Below, in pieces: positions 10,522 to 21,403 of a DNA stretch of 64,000 nucleotides. Under the pieces are notes generated by a model that was not told the origin of the DNA, ran no database searches, and saw only the letters and a program-made list of their open reading frames with translations. This stretch comes from an uncultured Pelagibacteraceae bacterium. Lineage in GTDB: Bacteria > Pseudomonadota > Alphaproteobacteria > Pelagibacterales > Pelagibacteraceae. The stretch is taken from positions 1,970 to 65,969 of the forward strand of contig CACAZW010000004.1 in NCBI GenBank assembly GCA_902537055.1, in the 5' to 3' direction. Both the position numbers and the translations under genes were made by a program. The stretch's first letter is position 1, and each line of letters starts with the position of its first letter.

Positions 10522-12048
10522 TTAATAGTTTAATTTAATATCTGATATTTTAAAGGCCTTAATGAGTATTGAAATTAACAAATAAAAAGCAAAAGTTAAA
10601 AGGACTAATAATAAAATTGCTAAAAATTTATAACTATTTGTAAATATAAAAAAATTACTAAAATAATTTATTAATATCTTAAACAATCCCAGACAAATTA
10701 TGTTTACAAAAGATATTTTAACAAGTTGTGTAAAAAACGAATTGTTAAAATTAAAGTACCTTTTTTTTAAAACAAATATCATCAATAAAAGTCCATTTAA
10801 CCATGAGGAAACAGTTGTTGCTATGGGAATTATAATAAATCCTATTTTGCTAAATAAAGATACACTAATTAAAATATTTAAAGTAACAGATATCAATGAA
10901 AAGTAAAAGGGTGTTTTAGTATCATTTCTAGCAAATATAAAACTTGAAAATATTTTTATCATCGAGAATGCAGGTAGACCTAATGCAAAATAAAATAATG
11001 CACTGGCTGAATTTTTAACGCTTTCTTCGTTAAAAGATCCATATCCAAAAAGTGCAGAAACAATTTCTTCGGATGCAAAAATTAATGCAAATGTAGCAGG
11101 AAGACTTAAAAATAAACTCAACTCTAAAGACTTATTTTGTAAAATTTCTAATTTTATTTTGTTTTTACTTTTAACATATCTACTTAAGTTGGGCAGAATA
11201 ATAATACCAATTACAATCCCTGCTATCGCTAAGTTTATCTGATATATTCTGTCTGCATAATACAAATATGAGACTGCACTTGCTTGAAAAGATGCAATTA
11301 TAGTTCCAACTAATATATTTATTTGGGTGACCCCAGATGAAAATATGCTTGGTAAAAGTTTCCTAAAAAAAAATTTTATTTTTTTATCAATTTGTAAATT
11401 GAAGTTAAAATCAGGATAAAAATATTTTTTAGTAAAAATAATTAAGAATATAAATTGTATAATTCCTGCTAATGTTACAGCGTAGCTTAGATAGTAAACT
11501 AAATCTGTATCATTTTTTATAACTAGAAAACATATTATTAATATTATATTTAAAAAAAGAGGGGCAGCTGCAGCAGCTGCAAATTTGTTATGTGAATTTA
11601 AAATTGCTGAAAAAAAAGATGCTACGCTTATAAAAAATAAAAATGGAAAAGTAATTCTGGTTAAATCAACAGCTAATTTGAACTTTTCATCTAAATCTGA
11701 GAAGCCAGGAGCTATCAATTTTATAAAGCTTGGCATAAAAATCTCGACTAGTATAGTTAGGGTTAAAAGTGCTAAGACCAATAAATTAAATACTGAGTTT
11801 GCAAATTTCTGAGCTTTTTTTTTACTGGACAAAAGTTCTGATGTGTAAGATGGAACAAATGCTGCATTAAATGTGCCTTCTGCAAATAATCTTCTAAAGG
11901 TGTTTGGTATTCTAAATGCTACGAAGAATGCATCAGCAATTGGTCCCGAACCAAGATAAATAGCTATAAAAAAGTCTCTAATGTATCCTAAAATTCTGCT
12001 TAGAATAACGAACAGACTAAATGTGCCTGTTGACTTAATTAAATTCAT
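10522..12048 (-). CDS. murJ: Lipid II flippase MurJ (MviN)
   Basis: SRILGYIRD and AFRIPNTFRRLFAEG motifs; multi-TM. Confidence 0.96.
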   Translation of the reverse strand: MNLIKSTGTFSLFVILSRILGYIRDFFIAIYLGSGPIADAFFVAFRIPNTFRRLFAEGTFNAAFVPSYTSELLSSKKKAQKFANSVFNLLVLALLTLTILVEIFMPSFIKLIAPGFSDLDEKFKLAVDLTRITFPFLFFISVASFFSAILNSHNKFAAAAAAPLFLNIILIICFLVIKNDTDLVYYLSYAVTLAGIIQFIFLIIFTKKYFYPDFNFNLQIDKKIKFFFRKLLPSIFSSGVTQINILVGTIIASFQASAVSYLYYADRIYQINLAIAGIVIGIIILPNLSRYVKSKNKIKLEILQNKSLELSLFLSLPATFALIFASEEIVSALFGYGSFNEESVKNSASALFYFALGLPAFSMIKIFSSFIFARNDTKTPFYFSLISVTLNILISVSLFSKIGFIIIPIATTVSSWLNGLLLMIFVLKKRYFNFNNSFFTQLVKISFVNIICLGLFKILINYFSNFFIFTNSYKFLAILLLVLLTFAFYLLISILIKAFKISDIKLNY

Positions 12049-12091
12049 AAATCATATTAGTAACTTAATCCTTTTGTATATCTAACAAATA

Positions 12092-14380
12092 ATGAAAAAA
12101 AACAAAATTGAACATTATTCTGATAAAGAAGCTTTGGATTTTCATACTAATGATAAATCTGGCAAAATAGAGATTATTTCATCCAAGCCTGTAACTACAA
12201 AAAGAGACTTGGCGCTAGCTTATTCTCCCGGAGTTGCTGCTCCTGTAAAAGCAATAGCCAATAATCCTGAGTTGGCATATGAATATACTACTAAAGGAAA
12301 CCTAGTTGCAGTAATTAGCAATGGATCAGCAATATTAGGACTAGGAAACTTGGGTGCTATTGCATCAAAACCAGTAATGGAGGGAAAAGCTGTTCTATTC
12401 AAAAGATTTGCAGATATTGACTCAATAGATTTAGAAATAGACACCGAGGATACAAAAGAGATTATTAATTCCATAAAACATATAGCAAAAAGTTTTGGAG
12501 GTATAAATTTAGAAGATATTGCAGCTCCAAATTGTTTTATAATTGAAGAAGAATTAAAAAAAATTTTGGATATACCTGTATTCCATGACGATCAACATGG
12601 GACAGCAATTATAACAACAGCTGCATTAATTAACGCTGTGGATATTGCAAAAAAAAACTTAAAAAAAATTAAAATAGTTATAAATGGTGCAGGTGCTGCA
12701 GCTATGGCATGTGCAAAGTTATTTAGAAGCACTGGTATTCCAAAAAATAATATCAAAATGTTAGATACAAAGGGCGTCATTAACAAAAAAAGAAAAGATA
12801 TTAACTCTTGGAAAAAAGAGTTCGCAGTAGATACAAATGACAAAAGTTTAGATGAAGCAGTGAAGAATGCAGATGTATTTTTAGGCTTATCAGCTGCAGG
12901 TGTTGTAAAAAAAAGTATGGTTAAAAAAATGGCAAAAAATCCAATTATATTTGCCTGCGCAAATCCAGATCCTGAGATAAAACCAGAAGATATAGAAAAA
13001 GTGAGAAATGATGCAATTATAGCAACAGGTAGATCCGATTATCCAAACCAAGTAAATAATTTAATTGGATTTCCTTATATATTTAGAGGAGCATTAGATG
13101 TTAGAGCGAAAACAATAAATGAAGAAATGAAAATTGCTGCAGCTAACGCTATTGCTTCGCTTGCAAGAGAATTTGTACCTGATGAAGTTGCGGCTGCAAT
13201 GGGTGGCGAAAGACCAAATTATGGGAGAGAATATATTATACCATCAACTTTTGACCCAAGGTTAATAAGTGTAATACCGGTAGCAGTAGCGAAAGCTGCT
13301 ATGAAATCTGGAGTAGCTAGAAAAAAAATTGAAAATTTTGATCACTATTCTGAACAATTAAAACAAAGATTGGATCCATCAGTCACTATTATGCAAGGTA
13401 TTAATAACCAAATTAAAAAAACAAATAAAAAAGTTGTCTTTGCAGATGGTGAAGATGAAAATACTTTAAAAGCTGCAATAGCTTTCAAAAATAGTGGACT
13501 TGGTACACCTATATTAGTTGCTAAAGAAAAAGTGGTTAAAGAAAAACTTAGAGAGATTGGTTATGGAGAAAACTTTGATATTGCAATTGTGAACTCTACT
13601 TTGAGCGATAAAAGAAAAAAATATGTGAATTACCTATTTAAAAAACTGCAAAGAAAAGAGGGATTGCTAGAAAGAGATTGTGACAAAATGGTTAGAAATG
13701 ACAGGGTTATATGGGGTTCTTGTATGGTTGCATGTGGTGATGCTGATGCAATGGTTACCGGAAATTCGAGAAGGTACGGACAATCTCTTGATAAAGTAAA
13801 AAAGGTCATAGACGCTAGACCTGGGGAAATTATGTTTGGATTAAACATGATTGTTAATAAGGGCAAAACAGTATTTATTGCTGATACTAGTGTCCATGAA
13901 TATCCAACATCTGAACAACTATCTGAAATAGCTATTTCTGCATCTAGAGTTGCAAAATTATTTGGTTTTGAACCAAAAGTTGCTTTTCTTTCACACTCAA
14001 CATTCGGCCAACCAATTACAGCTAGAACTAAACATATAAGAGATGCAGTAGAAATTTTAAAAAATAAAAAGGTTAACTTTAAGTTTGACGGAGATATGCA
14101 GCCTGATGTAGCTTTAAGTGACGAATATAAAGACCTTTATCCATTTTCTGAGATAGTTGGTAATGCAAATATATTAATTATGCCTGGACAGCATAGCGCA
14201 GCTATAACCTATAAAACAATGAAAACTTTGGGTGGTGCTAAAGTTATTGGACCACTATTAATCGGTTTGGGTCAAGCAATTGAAATTGCTCCTTTAAGAT
14301 CATCGACATCTGATATATTAAATTTAGCGTCTGTTGCAGCATATTCAGCAGGTGTTATTAATTACAAAAAGCCAAATTAA
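12092..14380 (+). CDS. maeB: NADP-dependent malic enzyme with PTA-like C-terminal domain
   Basis: AYSPGVA, FHDDQHGTA, GAGAA and TGRSDYPNQ motifs; 762 aa. Confidence 0.95.
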   Translation: MKKNKIEHYSDKEALDFHTNDKSGKIEIISSKPVTTKRDLALAYSPGVAAPVKAIANNPELAYEYTTKGNLVAVISNGSAILGLGNLGAIASKPVMEGKAVLFKRFADIDSIDLEIDTEDTKEIINSIKHIAKSFGGINLEDIAAPNCFIIEEELKKILDIPVFHDDQHGTAIITTAALINAVDIAKKNLKKIKIVINGAGAAAMACAKLFRSTGIPKNNIKMLDTKGVINKKRKDINSWKKEFAVDTNDKSLDEAVKNADVFLGLSAAGVVKKSMVKKMAKNPIIFACANPDPEIKPEDIEKVRNDAIIATGRSDYPNQVNNLIGFPYIFRGALDVRAKTINEEMKIAAANAIASLAREFVPDEVAAAMGGERPNYGREYIIPSTFDPRLISVIPVAVAKAAMKSGVARKKIENFDHYSEQLKQRLDPSVTIMQGINNQIKKTNKKVVFADGEDENTLKAAIAFKNSGLGTPILVAKEKVVKEKLREIGYGENFDIAIVNSTLSDKRKKYVNYLFKKLQRKEGLLERDCDKMVRNDRVIWGSCMVACGDADAMVTGNSRRYGQSLDKVKKVIDARPGEIMFGLNMIVNKGKTVFIADTSVHEYPTSEQLSEIAISASRVAKLFGFEPKVAFLSHSTFGQPITARTKHIRDAVEILKNKKVNFKFDGDMQPDVALSDEYKDLYPFSEIVGNANILIMPGQHSAAITYKTMKTLGGAKVIGPLLIGLGQAIEIAPLRSSTSDILNLASVAAYSAGVINYKKPN

Positions 14381-14970
14381 TTCTTTACCACTCTAAGGTC
14401 CTCAACCAAAAAAATACTTGTTACAACATCTTCAACATCAAGAACTTGCTTGGCTTCATTTATAACCTCGGCCCTCTCTTCCTCGTTTTGTGAAATTCCA
14501 TAAACATAAATTATTTTCTTATATGTATCTATATCATAATTTGCAGATTTAATTTTTTTATTTGCTATCATTGCAGTTCTCAATTGAGAAGTTATCAAAA
14601 CGTCTTTAGCTGTTTGTTTGAAGTTAAACTTTTCTTTTATTTTTAAATCATTTTTAACTGATCTTGCTCCTTTAATTTCCCAACCCAGTTTTGTGATTTT
14701 TAGTTTTTCTTCTACTGTGTCTACTTTGCCTGTTATGAATATTCTACCATCCAAGACTTTGGTTTTTACTTTTAGTAAATAAGCACTATCCATTAATATT
14801 AATTTTGCTCTTAAATTTTTTTGCATTAAAGAATCATCAATTTGTGTTCCGATAGTTCTTGGATCCATTGCAACTGAAACTCCTGTTCCCAAAACTCCAG
14901 TTGAAGAATAACCAACGCATCCTGAAATTAATATAAAAATTAATGTTAATGCTAATTCTCTAAATTTCAT
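14377..14970 (-). CDS. Dual BON-domain lipoprotein (DolP/YraP-like)
   Basis: Lipobox ISGC, DPRTIGTQIDD motif, two BON repeats, next to rsmI. Confidence 0.88.
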   Translation of the reverse strand: MKFRELALTLIFILISGCVGYSSTGVLGTGVSVAMDPRTIGTQIDDSLMQKNLRAKLILMDSAYLLKVKTKVLDGRIFITGKVDTVEEKLKITKLGWEIKGARSVKNDLKIKEKFNFKQTAKDVLITSQLRTAMIANKKIKSANYDIDTYKKIIYVYGISQNEEERAEVINEAKQVLDVEDVVTSIFLVEDLRVVKN

Positions 14971-15817
14971 TTTTTTTCTTTAAACAAAAATCATAAACAA
15001 TTTTTTTTGATATATTGTTTTCTTCATATATTTTTGTTGTTATATCTTTAATTGACATTTTTTTTAAAAGTTTAATAATTTTTTTTTTAACTGATTCTTC
15101 GATTACTTGTAACCTATTTTGTAAATTTAAATTTTCTGATATAACAACTGTCATCTCGCCTTTTTCGGATATATTAATATTGTTAAGATTTTCGACCTTT
15201 CCTCTAATATAATCTTCATGTAACTTTGTCATTTCTCTACTAATTAAAATATTTCTATCATTAAAATATTTTTGGATTTGAGTTGTTATTTTTTTTATTT
15301 TTTTGGGCGAAATAAAAAAAACAATTGAGTAATTTAAATTAGAAATCTTTTGAAAAAGTTGATCTATTTGCAACTTTTTATCAGGCAAAAAACCACAAAA
15401 AAAGAAATTATTTGAGAAGCCACTTATAGAAACAGCTGCTGTAGCAGCAGAAGGTCCTGGAACTGGAAATACATCAATTTTATTCTTGATACATTCGTTT
15501 ATCAAAATTTCACCTGGATCTGAAATCGTTGGAGTGCCAGCATCTGAAATAATAGAAATTATTTTATTTTCCTTTAATAAATTTAATACATGTTTGATAT
15601 TTTTTTTTTCATTAAATTTATGATTAGATAATAATTTTGTATTTATATTGAACTTAGATAATAGTTTACTTGAAACTCTTGTGTCTTCTGTCAAAATTAC
15701 GTCTGATTTATTAAGTATGTATATGGCCCTAAAAGTAATATCACCTAAATTTCCTATTGGCGTAGAAACACAATATAGCCCAGGTTTTAAACTATCATTT
15801 AATTCAAAATTATACAT
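14960..15817 (-). CDS. rsmI: 16S rRNA C1402 2'-O-methyltransferase RsmI
   Basis: TPIGNLGDIT, EDTR and SDAGTPTISDPG motifs. Confidence 0.96.
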   Translation of the reverse strand: MYNFELNDSLKPGLYCVSTPIGNLGDITFRAIYILNKSDVILTEDTRVSSKLLSKFNINTKLLSNHKFNEKKNIKHVLNLLKENKIISIISDAGTPTISDPGEILINECIKNKIDVFPVPGPSAATAAVSISGFSNNFFFCGFLPDKKLQIDQLFQKISNLNYSIVFFISPKKIKKITTQIQKYFNDRNILISREMTKLHEDYIRGKVENLNNINISEKGEMTVVISENLNLQNRLQVIEESVKKKIIKLLKKMSIKDITTKIYEENNISKKIVYDFCLKKKNEI

Positions 15818-15820
15818 TTA

Positions 15821-16978
15821 ATGACAATGAGAAAATTATATATCATAATTTTAAAGGTTTTTCTTATAATCGTTTTTTCACATCTTAAAGCAATTTCAGA
15901 CGAAAAAATTAAAATAGGTTTAATTATACCTTTATCGGGTGAATATTCATATATTGGTAATTCAATTCTTAAATCCACGAGAATAGCATTAAATAAAATT
16001 AATGATGACAGAATAACGATAATACCTAAAGATACAAAAGCAAACCCGATAGATGCATTAAAAGTATCAAATGAACTCTACAACAAGGGTGTAAAAATAA
16101 TTATTGGACCAGTATTCAATGAAAGTAATAAATATTTAGATGAACTAAATGAAGTAATATTCTTATCTTTCACAAACAAAATTAGAAATAATCCAAAAAA
16201 TGTTATTTCTGCAGGAGTAAATGCAATATCACAGATAAATACAATTAAAAAATATTTAAATGAAAATAATTTGAAAAATACAATATTTTTAATTCCTGAA
16301 ACAGAGTACAAAAAAGAAATTGAAGAAGCTATTGAGAAATCTAATTTAATATTAAAGGAAAAATTTATTTATAGCAAAGACCCAACATTACTAACAAAGC
16401 AAATAGAAGATTTAACAAGGTATCAACAAAGAAAACAAAATTTAGAAAACGAAATTAAAAGATTAGAAAATTCGAATATTTTTAATAAAAAAAAACAAAT
16501 AGATGAATTAAAAAAAAAAGATACTTTAGGTTTTATTAATTTTGATTCAGTAATAATTGCTGATTTTAGTGAAAGTTTAAAAAGTGTTGCAACATCATTA
16601 TTATATACTGATGTATCTTCGAAAAGAATAAAATACATTACATTGAATCAATGGTTTGATGAAAGTCTTTTAAAGGAAAGTTCATTGCATCCAATGTATT
16701 TTCCATCGATAAATAAAGATAATTTTGAAATATTTCAAAAAGAATATATTCAAAACTTTAAAAACATACCAAATCAAATTTCTTTTTTAAGTTATGATTT
16801 AATAGGATTAGTGTATTACTTATTAATAAATAACAATTTTAAAGCCAATGAAAATTTATTTATTAAAAAAAATAAATTTAAAGGAAAAATAGGTATCTTT
16901 GAAATTAATAAAAAAACAATCACCCATCAATTAAACTTTTATGAGCTAAAAGATAAAAATTTTAAAGAAATTTTTTAA
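15821..16978 (+). CDS. LpoA-like / periplasmic-binding-fold penicillin-binding protein activator
   Basis: Signal peptide; KIGLIIPLSG and IIGPVF motifs; divergent from rsmI as in other Proteobacteria. Confidence 0.7.
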   Translation: MTMRKLYIIILKVFLIIVFSHLKAISDEKIKIGLIIPLSGEYSYIGNSILKSTRIALNKINDDRITIIPKDTKANPIDALKVSNELYNKGVKIIIGPVFNESNKYLDELNEVIFLSFTNKIRNNPKNVISAGVNAISQINTIKKYLNENNLKNTIFLIPETEYKKEIEEAIEKSNLILKEKFIYSKDPTLLTKQIEDLTRYQQRKQNLENEIKRLENSNIFNKKKQIDELKKKDTLGFINFDSVIIADFSESLKSVATSLLYTDVSSKRIKYITLNQWFDESLLKESSLHPMYFPSINKDNFEIFQKEYIQNFKNIPNQISFLSYDLIGLVYYLLINNNFKANENLFIKKNKFKGKIGIFEINKKTITHQLNFYELKDKNFKEIF

Positions 16979-17564
16979 TTTTTTTGAAAGCTTTTGCTCG
17001 ATGATCATTTTTAAATTTTAACTTTTGGCTCATTTGACCAAATGTTATTCTCTTATTTTCAGGAATAAAAATTGGATCATAGCCAAAACCTTTATTACCA
17101 ATTTTTTTTTTAGAAATTCTGCCACTAATAATCCCTAAAGATTGGATCGGTTTTTTTTTTAATCCATAAATGGTTAATGCACAAATAAATCTCGCTTTAA
17201 TCTTTTTTGACCTCCAGTTTGTATCTACCTTCGATAACTTTTGATATACTTTGGATATTGCCAAATTGAAATCTCCCCTTTTCCCACCCCATCTTGCTGA
17301 ATAAATACCTGGTTGATTGTTTAGTAAATCAATTTCAAGCCCAGAATCATCCGCAATACAAATTTTTTTTGTTTTTTTTGAAAAATGCTTTGCTTTAATC
17401 AAAGAATTTTTTAGAAAAGTATGTCCATTTTCTTTAGGGCTTTTTAGACCATAGTCTTTTGGAGAAGTAATAGTGTAGTATTTGGGCAGTAAATCTTTAA
17501 TTTCTTTTATTTTTCCTTTATTATTTGACCCTACTACGATTTCTTTAATTTTTTTTTTTAACAT
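16962..17564 (-). CDS. rdgB: Non-canonical purine NTP pyrophosphatase RdgB
   Basis: SNNKGK, ADDSGL, PGIYSARW, GFGYDPIF and HR motifs. Confidence 0.95.
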   Translation of the reverse strand: MLKKKIKEIVVGSNNKGKIKEIKDLLPKYYTITSPKDYGLKSPKENGHTFLKNSLIKAKHFSKKTKKICIADDSGLEIDLLNNQPGIYSARWGGKRGDFNLAISKVYQKLSKVDTNWRSKKIKARFICALTIYGLKKKPIQSLGIISGRISKKKIGNKGFGYDPIFIPENKRITFGQMSQKLKFKNDHRAKAFKKIKKFL

Positions 17565-17592
17565 CTAGAATTTCATAAATTTCTTACCATAT
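17565..17592 (+). promoter_or_regulatory. RpoH (sigma32)-type promoter for grpE
   Basis: CTAGAA-N16-CCATAT, 8 nt before the grpE ATG. Confidence 0.5.
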
Positions 17593-17600
17593 AGACTTTA

Positions 17601-18239
17601 ATGGAAAAAGAAGAATCACAAAATAAAAAAAATCAAAATTTAAAAGACGAAAACTCAGAGCTAAGTACAGATAAACAGGCCTCAGAGGAAAACAAAAAAA
17701 AAGAAGAAGAGGAACAACTTTCACCCGAAGATGAAATTGCAAATCTTAAAGATAAAGTTGCAAGAACATTTGCTGAAATGGAAAATCAGAGAAGACGATT
17801 TGAAAAGGAGAAAGATGAAGCTTTTGAATATGGTGGATTTTCATTTGCGAGGGAAACTCTTAATCTTCTAGATAATTTAGAGAGATCAAAACAAACACTG
17901 GAAAGTGATGAAACTATAAAAGATAAAGACACGCTAAAAAAATTAATAGAGCACATTGATATTATTAATAAAGATATGATTTCTATTTTCAAAAAAAACA
18001 ATATTGAGCCAATTAAAGCAATTAACGAAAAGCTGGATCCAAATTTGCATCAGGCTATGATGGAAGTTGAAGATGATACAAAAGATCAAGGGACAATAGT
18101 TCAAGAAATTCAAAAAGGTTTTATGATGAAGGATAGGTTGCTAAGACCCTCGTTAGTAGCTGTATCTAAAAAAAAAGTTGAAGAGAAACAAAATAACCAA
18201 AAAGATAAGGAAATTGAGGAAAAAGAGGCAAAAAATTAA
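17601..18239 (+). CDS. grpE: Nucleotide exchange factor GrpE
   Basis: AEMENQRRR, DPNLHQA and RLLRP motifs. Confidence 0.96.
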   Translation: MEKEESQNKKNQNLKDENSELSTDKQASEENKKKEEEEQLSPEDEIANLKDKVARTFAEMENQRRRFEKEKDEAFEYGGFSFARETLNLLDNLERSKQTLESDETIKDKDTLKKLIEHIDIINKDMISIFKKNNIEPIKAINEKLDPNLHQAMMEVEDDTKDQGTIVQEIQKGFMMKDRLLRPSLVAVSKKKVEEKQNNQKDKEIEEKEAKN

Positions 18240-18251
18240 TTATTTATTATG

Positions 18252-18279
18252 GTTGTAGTTGTAAAATTAGCACTTATAT
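18252..18279 (+). promoter_or_regulatory. RpoH-type promoter for dnaK
   Basis: GTTG-N17-CTTATAT versus the alphaproteobacterial consensus CTTG-N17-CYTATNT. Confidence 0.55.
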
Positions 18280-18300
18280 GAAGATCAGTTAGGTTAAATT

Positions 18301-20223
18301 ATGAGTAAAGTTATAGGAATAGATTTAGGAACAACAAACTCTTGTGTAGCTGTTATGGAGGGAACACAAGCAAAAGTATTGGAAAATGCTGAAGGAGCAA
18401 GAACAACACCATCTGTTGTTGCATTTACAGATGAAGGTGAAAAATTAATAGGTCAACCAGCTAAAAGACAAGCTGTTACAAATCCTGAGAATACAATTTT
18501 TGCAGTTAAAAGGTTAATTGGAAGAAATTTTGATGATCCAACAGTTAAAAAAGATGTAGAGACTGCACCTTTTAAAATAGTTAATTCTGATAAAGGCGAC
18601 GCATGGATTGAGGCAAAAGGACAAAAATATTCACCATCACAAATTTCTGCTTTCACCCTTCAAAAAATGAAAGAGACAGCAGAAAAATATTTAGGTTCTG
18701 AGGTGAAACAAGCGGTTATTACTGTTCCAGCATATTTTAATGATGCTCAGAGACAAGCTACTAAAGATGCCGGTAAAATAGCTGGCCTTGAAGTTTTAAG
18801 AATCATAAATGAGCCTACAGCAGCATCCTTGGCTTATGGTTTAGATAAAAAAGCAAATAAAAAAATAGCAGTATATGATTTAGGTGGAGGAACATTCGAT
18901 GTTTCAATTCTTGAATTAGGTGATGGTGTATTTGAAGTTAAATCAACTAATGGTGATACATTTTTAGGTGGAGAAGATTTTGACAATGCAATAGTTGATT
19001 ACTTACTTTCAGAATTCAAAAAAGATAATGGTATTGATTTAAAATCGGATAAATTAGCTTTACAAAGATTAAAAGAAGCTGCGGAAAAAGCAAAAATAGA
19101 ACTTTCATCTGCTATCCAAACAGAAATAAATTTACCATTTATCACAGCTGACAAAACTGGACCAAAACATATTAACTTGAAAATGACGAGAGCCAAATTA
19201 GAAGCATTAGTCGAAGATTTAATTTCAAGAACTATTCCGCCATGTAAAACAGCTTTAAAAGATGCGGGATTATCAGCAAGTGAAGTAGACGAAATTGTAC
19301 TGGTTGGTGGTATGACCAGAATGCCAAAAGTTATAGAAGAAGTTAAGAATTTCTTTGGGAAAGATCCTAATAAATCTGTTAATCCTGATGAAGTTGTTGC
19401 TATGGGTGCAGCAATTCAAGCAGGTGTTTTACAGGGTGATGTAAAGGACGTGTTACTTTTAGATGTAACTCCTTTATCATTAGGAATAGAAACTTTAGGT
19501 GGTGTATCTACAAAATTAATAGATAAAAATACAACAATACCAACTAAAAAAAGCCAAGTATTTTCTACTGCAGAGGATAATCAACCAGCTGTATCAATTA
19601 GAGTTCTTCAGGGTGAAAGGGAAATGGCTTCAGATAATAAAGTATTAGGAAACTTTGAGTTAGTTGGAATAGCTCCAGCTCCAAGAGGAGTTCCGCAAAT
19701 TGAAGTAACATTTGATATAGATGCAAATGGTATTGTAAATGTCTCGGCTAAAGACAAAGGAACTGGTAAAGAGCAAAAAATTCAAATTCAAGCATCTGGA
19801 GGATTAAGTGACGAAGAAATTAATCAAATGGTAAAAGATGCAGAGTCGAATAAAGAAGAGGATAAAAAGAAAAGAGAAGCTGTTGATGCAAGAAATCAAG
19901 CAGATACATTAATACATTCTACTGAAAAAAATTTAAAGGAACACGGAAGTAAAGTTTCAGACACAGATAAGAAAGCCATTGAAGATGCATCAGCAAACCT
20001 GAGAAATGCACTTAAAGGAACTGATGTTGAAGAAATTAAGAAGAAAACACAAGATTTAGTTCAGGCATCTATGAAATTAGGTGAAGCAATCTATAAATCA
20101 CAACAAGGTGCAAAACCTGAAGATGCTCCAAAAGACGCAAAGAAAGAAGATACGAAAGACGATAACGTTGTTGATGCAGATTTTGAAGAAGTAAAAGACG
20201 AGAATAAAGAAAAAAGCGCCTAA
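18301..20223 (+). CDS. dnaK: Chaperone DnaK
   Basis: GIDLGTTNS and other Hsp70 signatures; C-terminal DADFEEV. Confidence 0.99.
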   Translation: MSKVIGIDLGTTNSCVAVMEGTQAKVLENAEGARTTPSVVAFTDEGEKLIGQPAKRQAVTNPENTIFAVKRLIGRNFDDPTVKKDVETAPFKIVNSDKGDAWIEAKGQKYSPSQISAFTLQKMKETAEKYLGSEVKQAVITVPAYFNDAQRQATKDAGKIAGLEVLRIINEPTAASLAYGLDKKANKKIAVYDLGGGTFDVSILELGDGVFEVKSTNGDTFLGGEDFDNAIVDYLLSEFKKDNGIDLKSDKLALQRLKEAAEKAKIELSSAIQTEINLPFITADKTGPKHINLKMTRAKLEALVEDLISRTIPPCKTALKDAGLSASEVDEIVLVGGMTRMPKVIEEVKNFFGKDPNKSVNPDEVVAMGAAIQAGVLQGDVKDVLLLDVTPLSLGIETLGGVSTKLIDKNTTIPTKKSQVFSTAEDNQPAVSIRVLQGEREMASDNKVLGNFELVGIAPAPRGVPQIEVTFDIDANGIVNVSAKDKGTGKEQKIQIQASGGLSDEEINQMVKDAESNKEEDKKKREAVDARNQADTLIHSTEKNLKEHGSKVSDTDKKAIEDASANLRNALKGTDVEEIKKKTQDLVQASMKLGEAIYKSQQGAKPEDAPKDAKKEDTKDDNVVDADFEEVKDENKEKSA

Positions 20224-20251
20224 CAAAACAACTGTTTGTCTATAACATGTT

Positions 20252-21376
20252 ATGGCAAAAAGAGATTATTACGAAGTTTTAGGTGTAAATAAAAGTGCTT
20301 CAGCAGACCAAATAAAATCAGCTTACAGAAAACTCGCAGTTAAGTTTCATCCTGATAAAAATAAGGGTGATAAAGGGGCTGAGGAAAAGTTTAAAGAAGC
20401 ATCAGAAGCTTACCATGTTCTATCTAATTCAGAGAGAAAACAAAATTATGATAATTTTGGTCATGCTGCTTTTGAAAATGGAGGTGGTGGAAGAGGTGGA
20501 TTTGGAAATTTTGACTTTTCAAATCATTTCTCTGATATTTTTGAAGACTTTTTCGGTGAAGGTTTTGGTGGAGGCCGTAGATCAAGAAGGTCAAATAATA
20601 GAGGCTCGGATCTAAGATATGATTTATCTATATCTTTAGAAGAAGCTTTTTCTGGAAAGAAACAAGATATAAAATTCTCTACATCTGAAAAATGCGATAC
20701 TTGTAGTGGTTCAGGTTCAAAACCTGGACATCAAGCTGGGGCATGCTCGATGTGTGGTGGTCATGGTCAAGTAAGATCTAGCCAAGGCTTTTTTACAGTC
20801 CAACAAACATGTCCCCAATGTGCTGGTGCAGGAGAGGAAATCACCCACCCTTGCTCTAGTTGTAATGGACAAGGTAAAAAACAGGCTTCAAAAAGATTAT
20901 CGGTTACTATTCCAAAAGGTGTGGATGATGGAACTAGAATAAGGCTGTCAGGAAAAGGTGAAGCTGGATCAAGAGGGGGTAGTAGTGGTGATTTATACTT
21001 ATTTATAAATGTTCATTCTCATGAGTTATTTAAAAGATCTGATGAAAACTTATTTTTTGAATGTCCAGTTTCTATCGCAGATGCTGCTCTTGGCACCTCA
21101 ATTGAAATTCCAACAATTGACGGAGGTAAAGCTAAAATTAAAATTCCAGCTGGAACACAAAGTGGGAAACAATTTAGATTGAGAGGAAAAGGTATGCCTT
21201 ACATGAGAGGAAGTGATTTTGGAGACCTTTATGTGCAAATAACTACTGAAGTTCCAATATCACTAAACAAAGAACAAAAAGAATTATTAGAGAAATTTAG
21301 AGAAATTGAAAATGAAAAATCTAACCCGAGTATTAAAAAATTCTTTCAAAAAGCCAAAAGTTTTTGGAAAAACTAG
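20252..21376 (+). CDS. dnaJ: Chaperone DnaJ
   Basis: HPD J-domain, G/F region, four CxxCxGxG repeats. Confidence 0.98.
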   Translation: MAKRDYYEVLGVNKSASADQIKSAYRKLAVKFHPDKNKGDKGAEEKFKEASEAYHVLSNSERKQNYDNFGHAAFENGGGGRGGFGNFDFSNHFSDIFEDFFGEGFGGGRRSRRSNNRGSDLRYDLSISLEEAFSGKKQDIKFSTSEKCDTCSGSGSKPGHQAGACSMCGGHGQVRSSQGFFTVQQTCPQCAGAGEEITHPCSSCNGQGKKQASKRLSVTIPKGVDDGTRIRLSGKGEAGSRGGSSGDLYLFINVHSHELFKRSDENLFFECPVSIADAALGTSIEIPTIDGGKAKIKIPAGTQSGKQFRLRGKGMPYMRGSDFGDLYVQITTEVPISLNKEQKELLEKFREIENEKSNPSIKKFFQKAKSFWKN

Positions 21377-21403
21377 CCAATAGTGCTAATCTAGATCATT
21401 ATA

